From Chiloscyllium plagiosum (taxonomy: Eukaryota), in the NCBI RefSeq assembly GCF_004010195.1, contig NC_057718.1, forward strand, positions 38,507,821 to 38,571,820: DNA of 64,000 bases, in the 5' to 3' direction. Numbering within the stretch: the first letter of the stretch is position 1; each line of letters opens with the position of its first letter. The translations under genes and the position numbers were made by a program. The notes under the pieces were generated by a model. It saw only the letters and a list, made by a program, of their open reading frames with translations. It was not told where the DNA came from and ran no database searches. Below are positions 1 through 13,679 of the stretch, piece by piece.

Positions 1-1190
1 CTGTGGAAAAGGATATGGAAGATATAGACTGTAGGGAAATAGATGGTGACATCTTGCAAAATGTCCAGATTACAGAGGAGGAAGTGCTGGATGTCTTGAA
101 ACGGTTAAAGGTGGATAGATCCCCAGGCCATGATCAGGTGTACCTGAGAACTCTGTGGGAAGCTAGGAAAGTGATTGCTGGGCCTCTTGCTGAGACATTT
201 GTATCATCAATAGTCATAGGTGTGGTGCCAGAAGACTGGAGATTGGCAAACATGTTGCCACTGTTTAAGAAGGGCGGTAAAGACAAGCCAGGGAACTATA
301 GACCGGTGAGCCTGACCTCAGTGGTGGGCAAGTTGTTGGAGGGAATCCTGAGGGACAGGATGTACATGTATTTGGAAAAGTAAGGACTGATTCGGGATAG
401 TCAGCATGGTTTTGTGCGTGGGAAATCATGTTTCACAAACTTGATTGAGTTTTTGAAGAAGTAACAAAGAAGATTGATGAGGGCAGAGCAGTAGGTCTGA
501 TTTATATGGACTTCAGTAAGGCGTTCGACAAGGTTCCCCATGGGAGACTGATTAGCAAGGTTAGATCTCTCGGAATGCAGGGAGAACTAGCCATTTGGAT
601 ACAGAACTGACTCAAAGGTAGAAGACAGAGGGTGGTGGTGGAGGGTTGTTTTTCAGACTGGAGGCCTGTGACCAGTGGAGTTCCACAAGGATCGGTGCTG
701 GGTCCTCTACTTGTTATCATTTACGTAAATGATTTGGATGCGAGCATAAGAGGTACAGTTAGTAAATTTGCAGATTTTGAGGTAATCTGAGGTATTTTGA
801 GAATCTGAGGTAACCCTCTTCGCTGTCCACTACTCCTCCAAAATTGGAGGTGTAGTGGACAGCGAAGAGGGTTACCTCAGATTACAACAGGATCTGGACC
901 GTTTGCTTTCCTTTATTGGTCAGAGTATTGAGTACAGGAGTTGGGAGGTCATGTTGCGGCTATACAGGACATTGTTTAGGCCGCTGTTGGAATATTGTAT
1001 GCAATTCTGGTCTCCTTCCTATCGCAAAGATGTTGTGAAACCTGAAAGGGTTCAGAAAAGATTTACAAGGATGTTGTTAGTGTTGGAGGATTTGAGCTAT
1101 ATGGGAGAGGCTGAACAGGATGGGGCTGTTTTTCTTGGAGCGTCAGAGGCTGGGGGGTGACCTTATAGATATTTACAAAATTATGAGGGG
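1..1190 (+). mobile_element. CR1-clade LINE fragment (RT region) with internal inversion and deletion
   Basis: Translates to CR1 ORF2 motifs [52 protein letters not shown] and RPLLEYC..WSP, with stops and frameshifts. Confidence 0.9.
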
Positions 1191-1191
1191 C

Positions 1192-1399
1192 CTATCACCC
1201 TCACCTTAACCTCCTTCCACCTATCGCATTTCCAACGCCCCTCCCCCAAGTCCCTCCTCCCTACCTTTTATCTTAGCCTGCTTGGCATACTTTCCTCATT
1301 CCTGAAGAAGGGCTCATGCCCGAAACATCGATTCTCCTGCTCCTTGGATGCTGCCTGACCTGCTGCGCTTTTCCAGCAACACATTTTCAACTCTGATTT
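1192..1399 (+). mobile_element. Penelope-like element terminal (pLTR) fragment with hammerhead-like core at 1302-1329
   Basis: Same sequence family as the end of the GIY-YIG-coding element at 20037-20612. Contains CTGAAGA-AGGGC-TCAT-GCCC-GAAA-CATC. Confidence 0.75.
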
Positions 1400-1870
1400 C
1401 TGGGACTGCAGGACTGACATATGAAGAGAGACTGGATTGGTTAGGACAATATTCACTGGAGTTTAGAAGAACGATGGGAGAATCACATAGAGATCTATAA
1501 AATTGTAACAGGACTAAACAAGGTAAATGTAAGAAGTTTATTCCCGATTATCAGGGAGAACAGAACCAGTGGCTACAGTCTAAGGATATAGAGTAGACCA
1601 TTTCGAGTTGGGATCAGTAATTTCTTCACCCCAAAGAATGGTGACCCTGTGGAATTCTTTACCACATAATGTAGTTGAGGATAAAACATTGAATATTTTC
1701 AGGAAGGAGTTAGATAAAGTTGTCAGGGCTAAAGGGATCAAATAAATCAAACGATGAGGGGAGAAATTGGGAGCAGGGTACTGTGTTGGATGATCAGCCA
1801 TGATCATATTGAATGGCTGAGCAGCTTTGAAGGACTGAGTGGCTGACTCCTGCTCCCAGTTTCTATGTTC
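1400..1870 (+). mobile_element. Older CR1 LINE 3' end
   Basis: Degenerate YEERL..LG..SLE.RR.RGDL-type coding tail, followed by a 3'UTR ending in ttctatgttct. Confidence 0.7.
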
Positions 1871-3539
1871 TGTTTGATTACTCATTGCTCAGATGTTGGA
1901 TTGAGATTAAAGTTCTGAGTTGTATTACTGTTGACTTGCTACTAAACATTGTTACCGTTTTGTGTCAATGGAAACCTTTCTGAAAAATTGCAATCATCGG
2001 TCCTATTGTGGCCTTTCTACTGCCATGCCTTGATCATGATCACAGTCAGTTTGTTAACTTTCATAAATCCATAAATCCAACCTCACTTCTTTCTACTAGA
2101 AAAACTTTCCAAGTTATTTACATGTTATGATCTCGGTAACATGTTTATTTGGCATTGGAAAACAGAAGTATTTACTAAAAGAAAATAGCCTCAAGGTTCA
2201 TGGTTAAAATCCAAAGAATTTTATTGCAAAAAAAATCATGGAACATGAATATTAATATCTGCAATCTTTCTTGAATAGTCACTTACATTAAAAATGTTTA
2301 AAGTAGAATGAACACTGGTACTTATACCTGAAACCAGATTTACTTTCTTCTACATCTATTTGACTCTCACCATTGCAACTTCAGTTCAGAGACTTATCTG
2401 AAATTGGAAAATTAACCGCTTGGTATGAGTAACTACTTTGAAGATTCATGTAAAGCTTGAGATTTCTTTGGCTTACCACTATTTTGCTGTAAGGTTTTCC
2501 CTTCAAATCCTCTATAATTGTCCCATAGTTGTATGTCCCAAATTCAAAACAGTGTTGCATACGTTTTGTATGTAGCCACCTAGAGTCAGAACTTTCTTGG
2601 TTCCGGTATTCTTTAACTTTGGAATCTTGCATCTAAAACCCTCTCTCTTTTCAGTTTGGTTATCCCTAGAAGATTAATTCACTGTTGGCAGTTCTTCAGT
2701 AACAAGGGTTATGAAACTCTGTGATCCAACACATGGAATTGTAAAGTAACTGTACTAGATAGAGATGTGCCTTGTTCTGCAGCCAGATTGTTCTAAATTC
2801 TAACAAACCCTACCTCGAAACAACTCCACATTCCATGGTTTCTTGTATAACTAACTTCAGGTTGACCACTTTTTCATTGTTTATCTCCCAGGCAACTTGG
2901 TTACATGATCATTAATGTGGAGACCCAGGTGCTTTACCAGACATCAACATCTAGATAAATCTAGTTCTTAAAGGGACCAGTATCCCAACATAAAGTGTTG
3001 ATTTTTTTTCACTAAAAGCACATGAACCCTCAAAACTTGCATATTTAAACTCTAAACTATCCAATGTGAGTACCTCCAATCAACAATCTATTTCTGCAGC
3101 TGTTTGATTTGCTCAACTGCTTCACCTTCACCTATGGTGCCCTTGCATTCTGTGGAACCCTTGCTTTCTCTCATCTTGGTTATTTCTATTGACAACCCTT
3201 GTCTTATTTCTTCAAGTTCAATAGTCATGGATGTGAAAGTATCGAGTGTGCAGCTGTATTCACCATCCATTGTTAGAACTGAATGGACCACATTGAACTT
3301 TGGGCCTTGCTGTCCTCTATCAAAAAAATTCATTCCTTCGAGAATATCCTACAAAGACAAGAATAATTAACTATCTCCTTAAATTCTTGCCATGAATGAT
3401 GTTCATGAACTTCTAATGAGATGTTTCTACTATGTTGCATCTCTTTCCCTTTTTCCACTGTGCATTACCTCCTTCATCCCCCTAGTGTTTGCCTTCCCCA
3501 AGCTATGAACTTGTATCTTTCTCTAGTTTATCTTGTCCA

Positions 3540-4830
3540 TGAGACACATCTATTGTTCAGTTGAATTATTCTCTTCTTGTCCTCTTGATAATTGCTGCCA
3601 TCATCACCCTTCATAACAGATTACTATGGCCTGCAACCCCATTATTGCTTTTTCTCGCTAAAGTTCTTGCATGTTTTGCTGTCACTTCCCAAAACTATGT
3701 CCCAAATTTCCCACAAATCTTCAGTGAGATTTTTACCTCATCACAGCACATTGTTCTAATGAAAGTCACAAATTATATTCTCTGATTGTGAACATTATGT
3801 TCTATTCTTTGCCAAATGTTACCTTTGACATTGTCGACAATATTAACTGCTTCTACTGTTTTTCCATCATTTTCCAATGGTTTCACTCCTGTCTATCTAA
3901 ACGTGGGTAGAGTAGCTCCAGCTAAAGCTTTTCATTCCTGTCTCAAAACTGTCATAGTTGGACTCACCTATCCTTAGTCTCCAGTTTTTCCTCCTCTACT
4001 TCCTGGTGAATTCTTGCACAGAACAGTGATCCCGTTCCACATGGACATACAGCTGTATTTTTCCATGACTTTATATCTTCTCTGTCTTTATACTGTCATA
4101 CTGCATCCTTGAGTTCCTCCAAATAAACTTCGGGAAGACTTGTTTTATATCAAACCATAATGTTTCCAACTTCAGCATCACATTTAGTCCAACCTGAGAC
4201 TCACCTGAGACTCCAACCCTATATCTTTGCCGTCACAGACTGTTTTATCAATACGTTTCATTTCACCTGTCTTCTCTCACTCTCCCCCCACCTCCAACTA
4301 CCTCCACCCAACAAACACACCCACCCACCAACCTCTAAAAGCACATGTTTTGCTGAGAACTTCATCTATGCCTCTGGCAACTCTAGAATTGACTAGCCTG
4401 ACATATTTCCTGGCCAATCTCCCAACCTCCATCTTACAAAAACCTCAAGTTATTCCAGACACTGCCTTTAATCCCAACCTCAGCCTTACTTACCTGCACT
4501 TACCTTACTTCACTGTGCACACAGATTTGGTCCCCCATGCCTCACATTTAATATTCTCATTCATTTGATGAAATTCCTTTGTGGCCTTGATCCTTCCTGT
4601 TTTGGTAAAATTGTACAATCGTATAACCTCTGCTCCTCTGACTGGCCTCCTGTGCTTCCTCCAGACCCTTTACCCCTGCAGTGCACCTCTGCTATTTGGG
4701 CCCTAACTACTGAATTCCATCACTAACACCTCACTGCCTTTCATTCCTTTTCCTCCTTTAACTTCACCTCTTTAAGCAAAGTTTTAGTCACTCCTCTTAA
4801 TGTCTCCCTTTTTGACTTGGTGTCAGTTTT
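3540..4830 (+). mobile_element. Highly decayed L2-like LINE fragment
   Basis: VLMKVTNYIL...FDIVDN resembles the L2 RT motif LLKVTNDIL...AFDTVDH. Pyrimidine-rich L2-like 3' region. Boundaries approximate. Confidence 0.5.
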
Positions 4831-6706
4831 TGTTTGATTACCCTGTTGATTTGTAAAAACTAATTACAATCTATTGTGATGTCACAACATCAACCTCTGA
4901 AGTTGGCATCATTACTAAACTCACTTTGCATTATTGTTTAACTCTACTTGGTTTTAACTACTTTAGAAATAACCTCGAAGAATGAAAGTTCATGCCTGGA
5001 TTACAATTTTACAAATACAATGGATTATTTTGATCTTGATTAGTTAAAATGAAAAATTTACAAAATGAAATGGCACTACTGAACTAGTGGAATTACCTTT
5101 AAGTTAACATATTTTGGACTGATTTGCTGAAACAAACCCGCTACCACAGCCACGTTTGCTTACTCTATGCTACCCTATCCCCACCCCCACCCTCCTCTAG
5201 CTTATCTCTCCACGCTTCAGGCTCTCTGCCTTTATTTTTGATGGAAGGGGTCAGCCCTTGGTGCAGTGGAGGGCGACCGTAACTCTGTGCTTCAATTCAG
5301 TCAACTTCTGTGAGCAATATCAAAAACAAAGCAGTTCCTCAACAGAATGTGTTGCTCTGTCTGGCATGACATTACTGCATAAATGAAGCTCAGTTGGTAA
5401 ATCGGGAAGATGAACAGTTAAATAAATGGATTGGGTTGGAACATTGGGCAAGATCAATGCTCATGGGGTTGACAGGCGAACAACTAAGAGGTGAATATGA
5501 AGATTTGAGTGGTCAGATTGCTAAGATTGAGAGGCTAAGCCTGAGATGCACCCTGTAAAGTGCAACTGCTCTTTCCTTCCAATATAATCCAAATAGTAAC
5601 TGTGCAATAGAGATGAAAATGGCTGCTACCACACCCAGAGTGAGCAGAGTAAGTATTTCATTTTGTGAGGAAGGGGGCTGTGCTTTCATGTGATGTGTGA
5701 GCCCTCCAAAGTGCAGTAGCCACACAATGCAGGTGAAAGGCATCTGTAATCACAAAATGCTGCATATGAACCTTACGTATTGACTTATTGTGTTGACTAC
5801 AGTTCCTGGCAGCAAGCACGCTTGACCAGACCCTGCAACGTTATGAATCAATCCTATTAACGGCTGTGAGGCAAAAGCAATGGTTTGCAACCTGGAAAGA
5901 TGAATCTTAGTTGCCAAAGTATCAATCACCTTCCACTGCACAAAGGACTGTTACACGAATGGCTGAGGCACACATGCATCCACAAACTCAGGATCTGCAT
6001 TAGCAGCTTCAGCTGATGTAGAGCTAACCCCTTCTGTGGAGTTTGCAGTCATAGGAGTCCTCATCATGCAGCAAAAATGCTGGGGAGACCATCACTTGTC
6101 TTCTGTGAAATCCCATGCAGATGAGAGAGGAGCAGTGGTGCTATACTCTCAGGAGATATGGGTTAAAAACCCAAAGTTACTGCTGCCCAATGTCATGCTG
6201 AATATGCAATGAAACATCTCATTCCGTAAGAACCGATGTGGACATAGTTTATCATATGCAGATCAGGCAGGCCAGTTTTGCCAGGTTACTGCCCAGATGG
6301 TACTCGTATGTTGTTGGAGAAGTATGAAGGAAATCTCCTTGCTTTTAAGCTTCTTTGTCAACATTTGCCTCTTCAGTCAATATCTGACTTAAAGGATGGG
6401 CTACTGATGATCCACCAGGTGTTATTCAGAATTCTATTACTATTTGATACTGTTGCATATGATATCTCCATGTATAAGTTTTTGAAAGTGGCAGGACAAG
6501 TTGAGAAAGCTGCTGAGATGATAAAACTTAGTTTTATAAATAGAGTCTTAAGATTGCAAAAACAATGCCATTTTGGTGGACATTTTACTTGTTCGGTTAT
6601 TTTCCCCAATTTTAGACACCATGCTTTAAGGTAGGATGATGTGGCCTTATGAGAGGGTGTAAAGAAATTTACTAGAATGGTATCAGATGAGGAAGGTTCA
6701 GTTCTC

Positions 6707-6942
6707 ATAGAATCATAGAATCCCTATGGTGCAGAAGCAGGCCATTTTGCCCAATAAGACTGTACCGACTCTCCAAAAAGCATCCCATTCAGACCTTAAA
6801 TGTGCATTTCCCATTGGCGAGCTCACCTAGCATGCACATCCCTTGACACAATGGGCAATTTAGCATGGCCAATCCATGTAATCTGCACATCCCTGGACTG
6901 TGGGAGAAAACCGGAGCACCCAGAGGTAATCCATGCAGACAT
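6707..6942 (-). mobile_element. HE1-type shark SINE, 5'-truncated
   Basis: Shares the body (gggcaatttagcatggccaatcc...ggactgtgggagaaaaccggagcaccc) and tail with the full copy at 10279-10616. Confidence 0.8.
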
Positions 6943-6944
6943 GC

Positions 6945-8218
6945 GCATGAGAAATCATGTCTCACAAACTTGATTGAGTTTTATGAAGAAGTAACAGAAG
7001 ATTGTTGAGGGCAGAGCAGTGGACATGATCTATATTGACTTCAGTGAGGCGTTTGACAAGGTTCCCCATGGGAGATTGGTGAGCAAGGTTAGGTCTCATG
7101 GAATGCAGGGAGAACTAGCCACTTGGATACAGAACTGATTCGAAAGAAGAAGACAGAGGGTGGTGGTGGAGGGTATTTTTTCAGGCTGGAGGCCTGTGAC
7201 TAGTGGAGTGACCAGTGCACAATGATTGGTGCTGGGTCCACTACTTTTCATAATTTATATTAATGATTTGAATGTGAGCATAAGAGGTATAGTTAGTAAG
7301 TTTGCACATGACACCAAAATTGGAGGTGTAGTGGACAGCTAAGAACGTTTCCTCAGAGTACAATGGGACCTTGATCAGATGGGCCAATGGGCTGAGGAGT
7401 GGCAGATGGAGTATAATTTAGACAAATGTAAGGTGCTGCATTTTGGAAAAGCAAATCTTAGCAGGACTTATACACGTAATGGTCAGGTACTAGGGAGTAT
7501 TGCTGAACAAAGAGACCTTGGAGTGCAGGTTCATAGCTCCTTGAAATTGGAGTCGCAGGTAGAAAGGATAATGAAGAAGGCATTTGGTATGCTTTCCTTT
7601 ACTGGTCAGAGTATTGAGTACAAGAGTTGGGAGGTCATGTTGTGGCTGTACAGGACATTGGTTATGCCATTTTTGGAATATTGCTTGCAGTTCTGGACTC
7701 CTTCCTATCGGAAGGATGTTGTGAAACTTGAAAGGGTTCAGAAAAGATTTACAAGGATGTTGTCAGGGTTGGAGGATTTGAGCTATAGGGAGAGGTTGAA
7801 TAGGCTGGGGCTGTTTTCCCTGGAGCATCTGAGGCTGAGGGGTGACCTTATAGATATTGATAAAGTCATGAGGAGCATAGATAGGATAAATTGATAGTCT
7901 TTTCCCTGGGGTAGGGGGAGTCCAGAAATAGAGGGCATAGGTTTAGGGTGAGAGGGAAAAGATATCAAAGAGACCTAAGGGGCAACGTTTTCATGCAGAA
8001 GGTGGTACGTGTATGGAATGAGCTGCCAGAGGATTTGGTGGCGGCTGGTACAATTGCGACATTTAGAAGGCATTTGGATGGGTATATGAATAGGAAGGGT
8101 TTGGAGGGATATGAGGCGGGTGCTGGCAGGTGGGCCTAGATTGGGTTGGGATATTTGGTCGGCATGCATGAGTTGGACCGAAGGGTCTGTTTCCATGCTG
8201 TACATCTCTATGACTCTA
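6945..8218 (+). mobile_element. CR1 LINE 3' fragment (RT C-terminus and 3'UTR)
   Basis: ORF 7379-7894 contains WQMEYNLDKCKVLHFG, RDLGV, LERVQKRFTRM and RLRGDLI. Ends in the ctctatgactcta tail. Confidence 0.92.
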
Positions 8219-9064
8219 GAATGGCCACTTGACATCAGTTTTCTATATACATCATGTCCAGTGGTTCATCAAAGTACTATCTGTACAAAGAATGTTGATA
8301 ATTGATCCTCAGAATCTTCCTCTGGAAATCTGGTTGTTCTCCGTAGAGAAGAAAAGGTTAAAAGACATTTGATAAAGATTCAATGGCAAGAATGCTGTTG
8401 TAATATAGATAGAAAATACGCCCATTGGCAGAGTCAATGGGCAAGAACCAAAGGTGACATGCGAAAACATCACAAAGTCAATGAATAGGTAAAATCCAGA
8501 TTGTACTGCTTGAGGGAGTGGTGGACGTAGCTTTAGTAGTGGTTTTCTCAAGGGAATTGAATTAAAACTAGATATATGTCTAAGTCAGTATATTATATGA
8601 CTTAGGAATGATAATGTTACTGTGCAACTACTGCCATTGTCATTCTAGGTCAGGGAGGTCACAGGTTTGAGAGGTGCTGTTGGAGAAACTTTAGTGAGTA
8701 GCTGCTATACATTGTGTACATAGGATGTGATACATACTCACTATGACAGTTGTGGAGGAAGTGGATGTTTAGACTGTGAATGAAGTACTATTCAAACAGA
8801 GTTTTATCCTGGATGGTGTCAAGCTTCCTGAGTGTGTTGCAGTTCCATCCATTTAAGATAATGGAGAATATTATCATGAACCAATTATCACAGAACACCC
8901 AGACTTTGAACTGTTGTCATAACTACAGTGTTTTGGTGACTGGTTCTATTGAGTTTCTGGACAATGTTAACTCCCCTAGGATGTTGACAGTTCAAAATTT
9001 CATAATTGTAATGCCATGTAATATTGGGAAAAAGTGGTTTGGTACAATCTCTCCACAGATAGGA

Positions 9065-9411
9065 TAGAATAGAATCCCTACAGTACGGAAACAGGCCCTT
9101 CAGCCTAACAAGTCCACACCAACATTCTGAAGCGTATCTCACCCAAAACCATTCCCCATTACTCTATATTTATCCCTGACTAATGCACCAAAACTACACA
9201 TCCCTGAATGCTATAGGCAATTTAGCATGGTCTGTTCACCTAACCTGCACATCTTTGGATCATAAGAAGAAACTAGAGCACCTGGAAGAAACTTACAGAG
9301 ACATGGGAGAACATGCAAACACCACATAGACAGTTGCCCAAGGCTGGAATCAAACCTGGGTCCCTGGCACTATGAGACATCAGTGCTAACCACTGAGCCA
9401 CTGTGCTGCGC
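9065..9411 (-). mobile_element. HE1-type SINE
   Basis: tRNA-like head on the minus strand (gcagcacagtggctcagtggttagcactg) and a CR1-related tail. Confidence 0.85.
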
Positions 9412-9710
9412 CTCTTGCTGGAAATGGTCATTACCTACCACTTGCATGGCATGAAAGTTCCTTGCCATACATCAACTTAGATATGGGTCAATATTTGCTG
9501 AAGCCATCATAATGAATCAGACTGGAGCCACATAGCTGTTTAGTGAAATGTAGGCTTAAAGCTTGTCACTGTATGTGCTGCACTAAAAGAATTCAACATG
9601 TTTCTTTTCTTTCTTTCGTTCTTTGAATGCAAATATTATGGAACACAGAACCACTTTTTAGTCAGCATTTAAGTTAAAACATCTTCAATAATAACTTTAT
9701 CTTTCCGCAG

Positions 9711-9758
9711 GTGGAGAACGTACTTGTGGAGTTCATGAGCTTATATGTATCCGCAAAG
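9711..9758 (+). CDS. SYT14: Synaptotagmin-14 internal coding exon (N-terminal GGERTCGVHELICIRK segment)
   Basis: Acceptor ...ctttccgcag| and donor |gtaagt. 48 bp, phase 1 at both ends. Translates (G)GERTCGVHELICIRK(V), matching the vertebrate SYT14 N-terminus MAIEGGERTCGVHELICIRKVSPEA as recalled. Confidence 0.95.
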
Positions 9759-10278
9759 GTAAGTTAATTGCCTTCAACTTTGACAATGTTGGAAAAAATG
9801 AATAAGAAATTTGTTCATGATTGTTGATTTTCAGACCATCTTGGTGAGTATTTGTTTTAACCAATCATAGGGAAAACTCCTTATGCTCTCCAATTCTAAG
9901 GAATAATATTTCTTTCACCTTTGGCTTCTGTGTGGAATTCAGATGAATGTACATAATGTGTAATATTAGTTCGCCCACCTGTAATCCTTTCAGCCAATTT
10001 TCTTCTGATAATACTGATTTCAGTAGAAATTTCATCTTTTATGTATGAAATTACTACTGAACCATTAAAACCATTTTAACCATTAAAACAAACAAATAGA
10101 AATACATATGTTGAAAATTAAAATGCCAATAATTAGGTAGGCATTCTCTGTCCGTGACTCCATTCAGTTCTGTCCAAGGCTCACACCCTAACTTCAGTCT
10201 TCCTGTGTTTCTGTTTCTAGTTACACACACAAATCTTGCCCTAGCATAGCTTTGAATATTGAACTTATATGTTCAAAA

Positions 10279-10616
10279 TTAGATTAGATTTTTTAGATTA
10301 GATTAGATTAGATTACATTACAGTGTGGAAACAGGCCCTTCGGCCCAACAAGTCCACACTGACCCGCCGAAGCGAAACCCATCGATACCCCTACATTTAC
10401 CCCTTAGCTAGCACTACGGGCAATTTAGTATGGCCAATTCACCTGACCCTGCACATCTTTGGACTGTGGGAGGAAACCGGAGCACCCGGAGGAAACCCAC
10501 GCAGACACGGGGAGAACGTGCAAACTCCACACAGTCAGTCGCCTGAGTCGGGAATTGAACCCGGGTCTCAGGCGCTGTGAGGCAGCAGTGCTAACCACTG
10601 TGCCACCATGCCGCCC
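10279..10616 (-). mobile_element. HE1-type SINE, full length and young, with (TCTAA)n tail
   Basis: Minus strand reads GGGCGGCATGGTGGCACAGTGGTTAGCACTGCTGCCTCACAGCGCC...GGTTCAATTCCCG (A/B-box-like tRNA head). Microsatellite tail at 10279-10315. Confidence 0.9.
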
Positions 10617-10639
10617 ACAAAGGATTACTTAAAGGATAA

Positions 10640-11741
10640 CTATGGGAGACTGGTTAGCAAGGTTAGATCTCATGGAGAATAGCCATTTGGGTACAGAACT
10701 GGCTCAAAGGTCGAAGGCAGAGGATGGTGGTGGAGGGTTGCTTTTCAGACTGGAGGCCTGTGACCAGTGGTGTGCCACAAGGATTGGTGCTGGGTCCACT
10801 GCTTTTTGTCACTTATATAAATGATTTGGCTGTGAACATAGGAGGTATAGTTAGCAAGTTTGCAGATGATACCAAAATTGGAGGTATAGTGGACAGCGAA
10901 AAAGGTTACCTCAAAGTACAATAGGATCTTGATCAGATGGGCCAATGGGCCGAGGAGTGGCAAATGGAGCTTAATTTAGATAAATGCAAGGTGCTGCATT
11001 TTGGTAAAACAAATCTTAGCAGTACTTCTACACTTAATGGTAATGTCCTAGGGAGTGTTGTTGAACAAAGAGACCTTGGAGTGCAGGTACATAGCTTTGA
11101 AAGTAGAGTCGCAGGTAGATAGATAGTGAGGATGGCATGCTTACCTTTATTGGTCAGAACATTGATTATAGGAGTTGGGAGGTCATGTTGCAGCTGTACA
11201 GAACATTGGTTAGGCCACTCTTGTAATATTGTGTGCAATCTGGTCTCCTTACTATCGGAAGATGGTGTGAAACTTAAAAGGGTTCAGGAAAAATTTACAA
11301 GGATGTTGCCAGAGTTAGAGGATTTGAGCTATAGGGAGAGGATGAATAGACTGGGGCTGAGGGGTGACCTTATAGATGTTGATAAAATCATGTGGGGCAT
11401 GGATAGGATAAATAGACAAGGTCTTTCACCTGAGGTGGGGGAGTCCAGAACTAGAGGGCATAGGTTTAGGGTGAGAGGGGAAAGATATAAAAGGGACCTA
11501 AGGGGCAACTTCTTCATACAGAGGGTTGTGCGTGTATGGAATGAAAAGCCAGATAAAGTACTAGAGGCTGGTACAATTACAGCATTTAAAAGGCATCTGG
11601 ATGGGTATATGAATAGGAAGGGTTTAGAGGGATATGGGCCAAGTGCTAATAAATGGGACTAGATTAGTTTAGGATATCTCGTCGGCATGGATGAGTTGGT
11701 CTGAAGGGTCAGTTTCCGTGCTGTACATCTCTATGACTCTA
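10640..11741 (+). mobile_element. CR1 LINE 3' fragment
   Basis: SGVPQGLVLGPLLF..YINDL, KFADDTKIGG and WQMELNLDKCKVLHFG motifs. ctctatgactcta tail. Confidence 0.92.
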
Positions 11742-11770
11742 CTGAACAAAAAAATGTGAGAAGCTCACTA

Positions 11771-11988
11771 CAGGACGTGCCGTTATAACGCTCGTTTCGT
11801 GAACACAAATTCGTAATAACACTATTGACGAATTGGGGACACTGTTTCTAAAGCGTGAAGTTTTGAAGTGTGTATTGGTTATGACACCATTCTGGCCCAT
11901 TAGTTTAAATGGTGCTGTTATTACATGATTTTCTTATAACATGGGATTGCACAAGAACGGAACTACTGCGTTATGGCAGAACTGACTG
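11771..11988. mobile_element. Tc1/mariner (Tigger/MER6-like) non-autonomous DNA transposon (MITE)
   Basis: TA|CAG...CTG|TA ends. Imperfect terminal inverted repeats: CAGGACGTGCCGTTATAACGC versus reverse complement CAGTCAGTTCTGCCATAACGC. Confidence 0.65.
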
Positions 11989-13679
11989 TACCACCTTCTT
12001 GAGGGCAAATAGGTATGAGCAACAAATGATTTCCTTGTGCTGACATCCTACGAATGATTAAAAGAGCTTAAAAATTCCATCAATATTCTGATTAAAGGGT
12101 ATTGACGTATCGGGGAGTAGATTTTTTTATGCAGTGAGTTATTATGATCTAAAATGCAGTGACTGGAGCTGTAAATGGAACAGATACAATAACAGCTTTA
12201 CTAGGCTGTAGGGAAGAGCAGGACTGTAGTACTAATTGTGCAACTCCTTCAAATAGCCGGTCGAAGCATGATAGGCAAATAGGTCTCTTTCTGCGTTATA
12301 TCAAACTATAAAAGGAGGAAAGAATTAGTAAATAATGAAAATATATTCATTTTATTAATGTCTTGTCTTATTTTGGAACCAATACAATGCTGGTTAAACT
12401 AACAGATTATTGGTACTGTGACTTCCTCTAAATCAATAGACAAATAATTATGGATCTTATGGTCTCTCTATGGATCTTAAATGTACACATTGTCCCTATG
12501 GGGTTACTCGTGGAGTTAATTTACTATGTGCCCAGTGTTCACAGGTTGTATTAAACAATGTGGATACATATTAAAAGATCATCTGTTATGTTGAATCTTC
12601 TACTTCACCATGTTGTAAATTAACTACTAAAATTTCCACCCACCAGCAGCCATGCAATCCCCTCTGAGAGGCAAAATACAAGTTTTAAAACAAAAATATT
12701 CAATACAAATTTAATGAAAAGATAATTCTGAGAAATTCTTTCATAGCCTGAAGGCAGTCAAATATGAATTTTGAATAATCATAGGTAAAGTAATCTCATC
12801 TAATTTTTGCGATATCATCTTCCTCCTTGTCCAACTCTCTTTTGAACATTTGCATTGGATTAAGTTGACTTAAGTTGCATATTTGCTTCTTTTCCCTAAT
12901 CTTCTATATGATAATTTATCTATATTTATACATTTTAATTACTTAATAATTTTAAACAACTTCATGAAATGATCCCATAGTCTTTCCAAGAGTAGGACTC
13001 ATGTCCCTGAGCACATCCAGATTTTTAAACTATATATTAATCTAGTTGTACTCATCTGAACCTTTTCTTGGGGCCTCATACCTCTTGACATCTCTGTGAA
13101 GGTACAAAAACTGGACACAACGTTTTACACTTGATAGGTAAGGTTTTGGTTCCCTTTGCTTTGTACTGGATCACCTTAACTATACATCTCAGGGTCAACC
13201 TCCATCTTATTCTTGTATTGTTTCCCATTCTTTTTCCGTCATCCACTGATCCATTTAACCTTGACAACCTCAACCATTAACATGGAAACTGAATTCCACA
13301 CAAAAAAACCTCAAAACTGAAGTTTCCACTGTCCTTTGTTCTCAATGTCTAATGTATAATTGTGTGCCTATGTCCTCATTCCTACTAGATACAGTCTGCT
13401 TTTACCTGTCCCAGTCTTCCAGAATATTTTTTCTTATTTGTTCATAGGATGCAAGTATTGCTGAATAGGCTATTTTATTGCTCTTGAGGAGGTGGTGGTG
13501 AGTTACCTTCTTGCACTGCTGCAGTCCATGGTGGGAACATACATCCACAGTGTTGTTAAGAAGCAAGTTCCAGTAATTTGACCCAATGACAATGAAGGAA
13601 TGGTAATTCAGGACAGTTTGTGGATTGGAAAGGAATTTGCCTTTCCCTTCTAGGTGAACTTAGAATTCATAAGTTTGAG

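Noticed and set aside
10560..10616. tRNA-like sequence with A/B boxes
   Set aside because: It is the tRNA-derived head of the SINE, not a tRNA gene.
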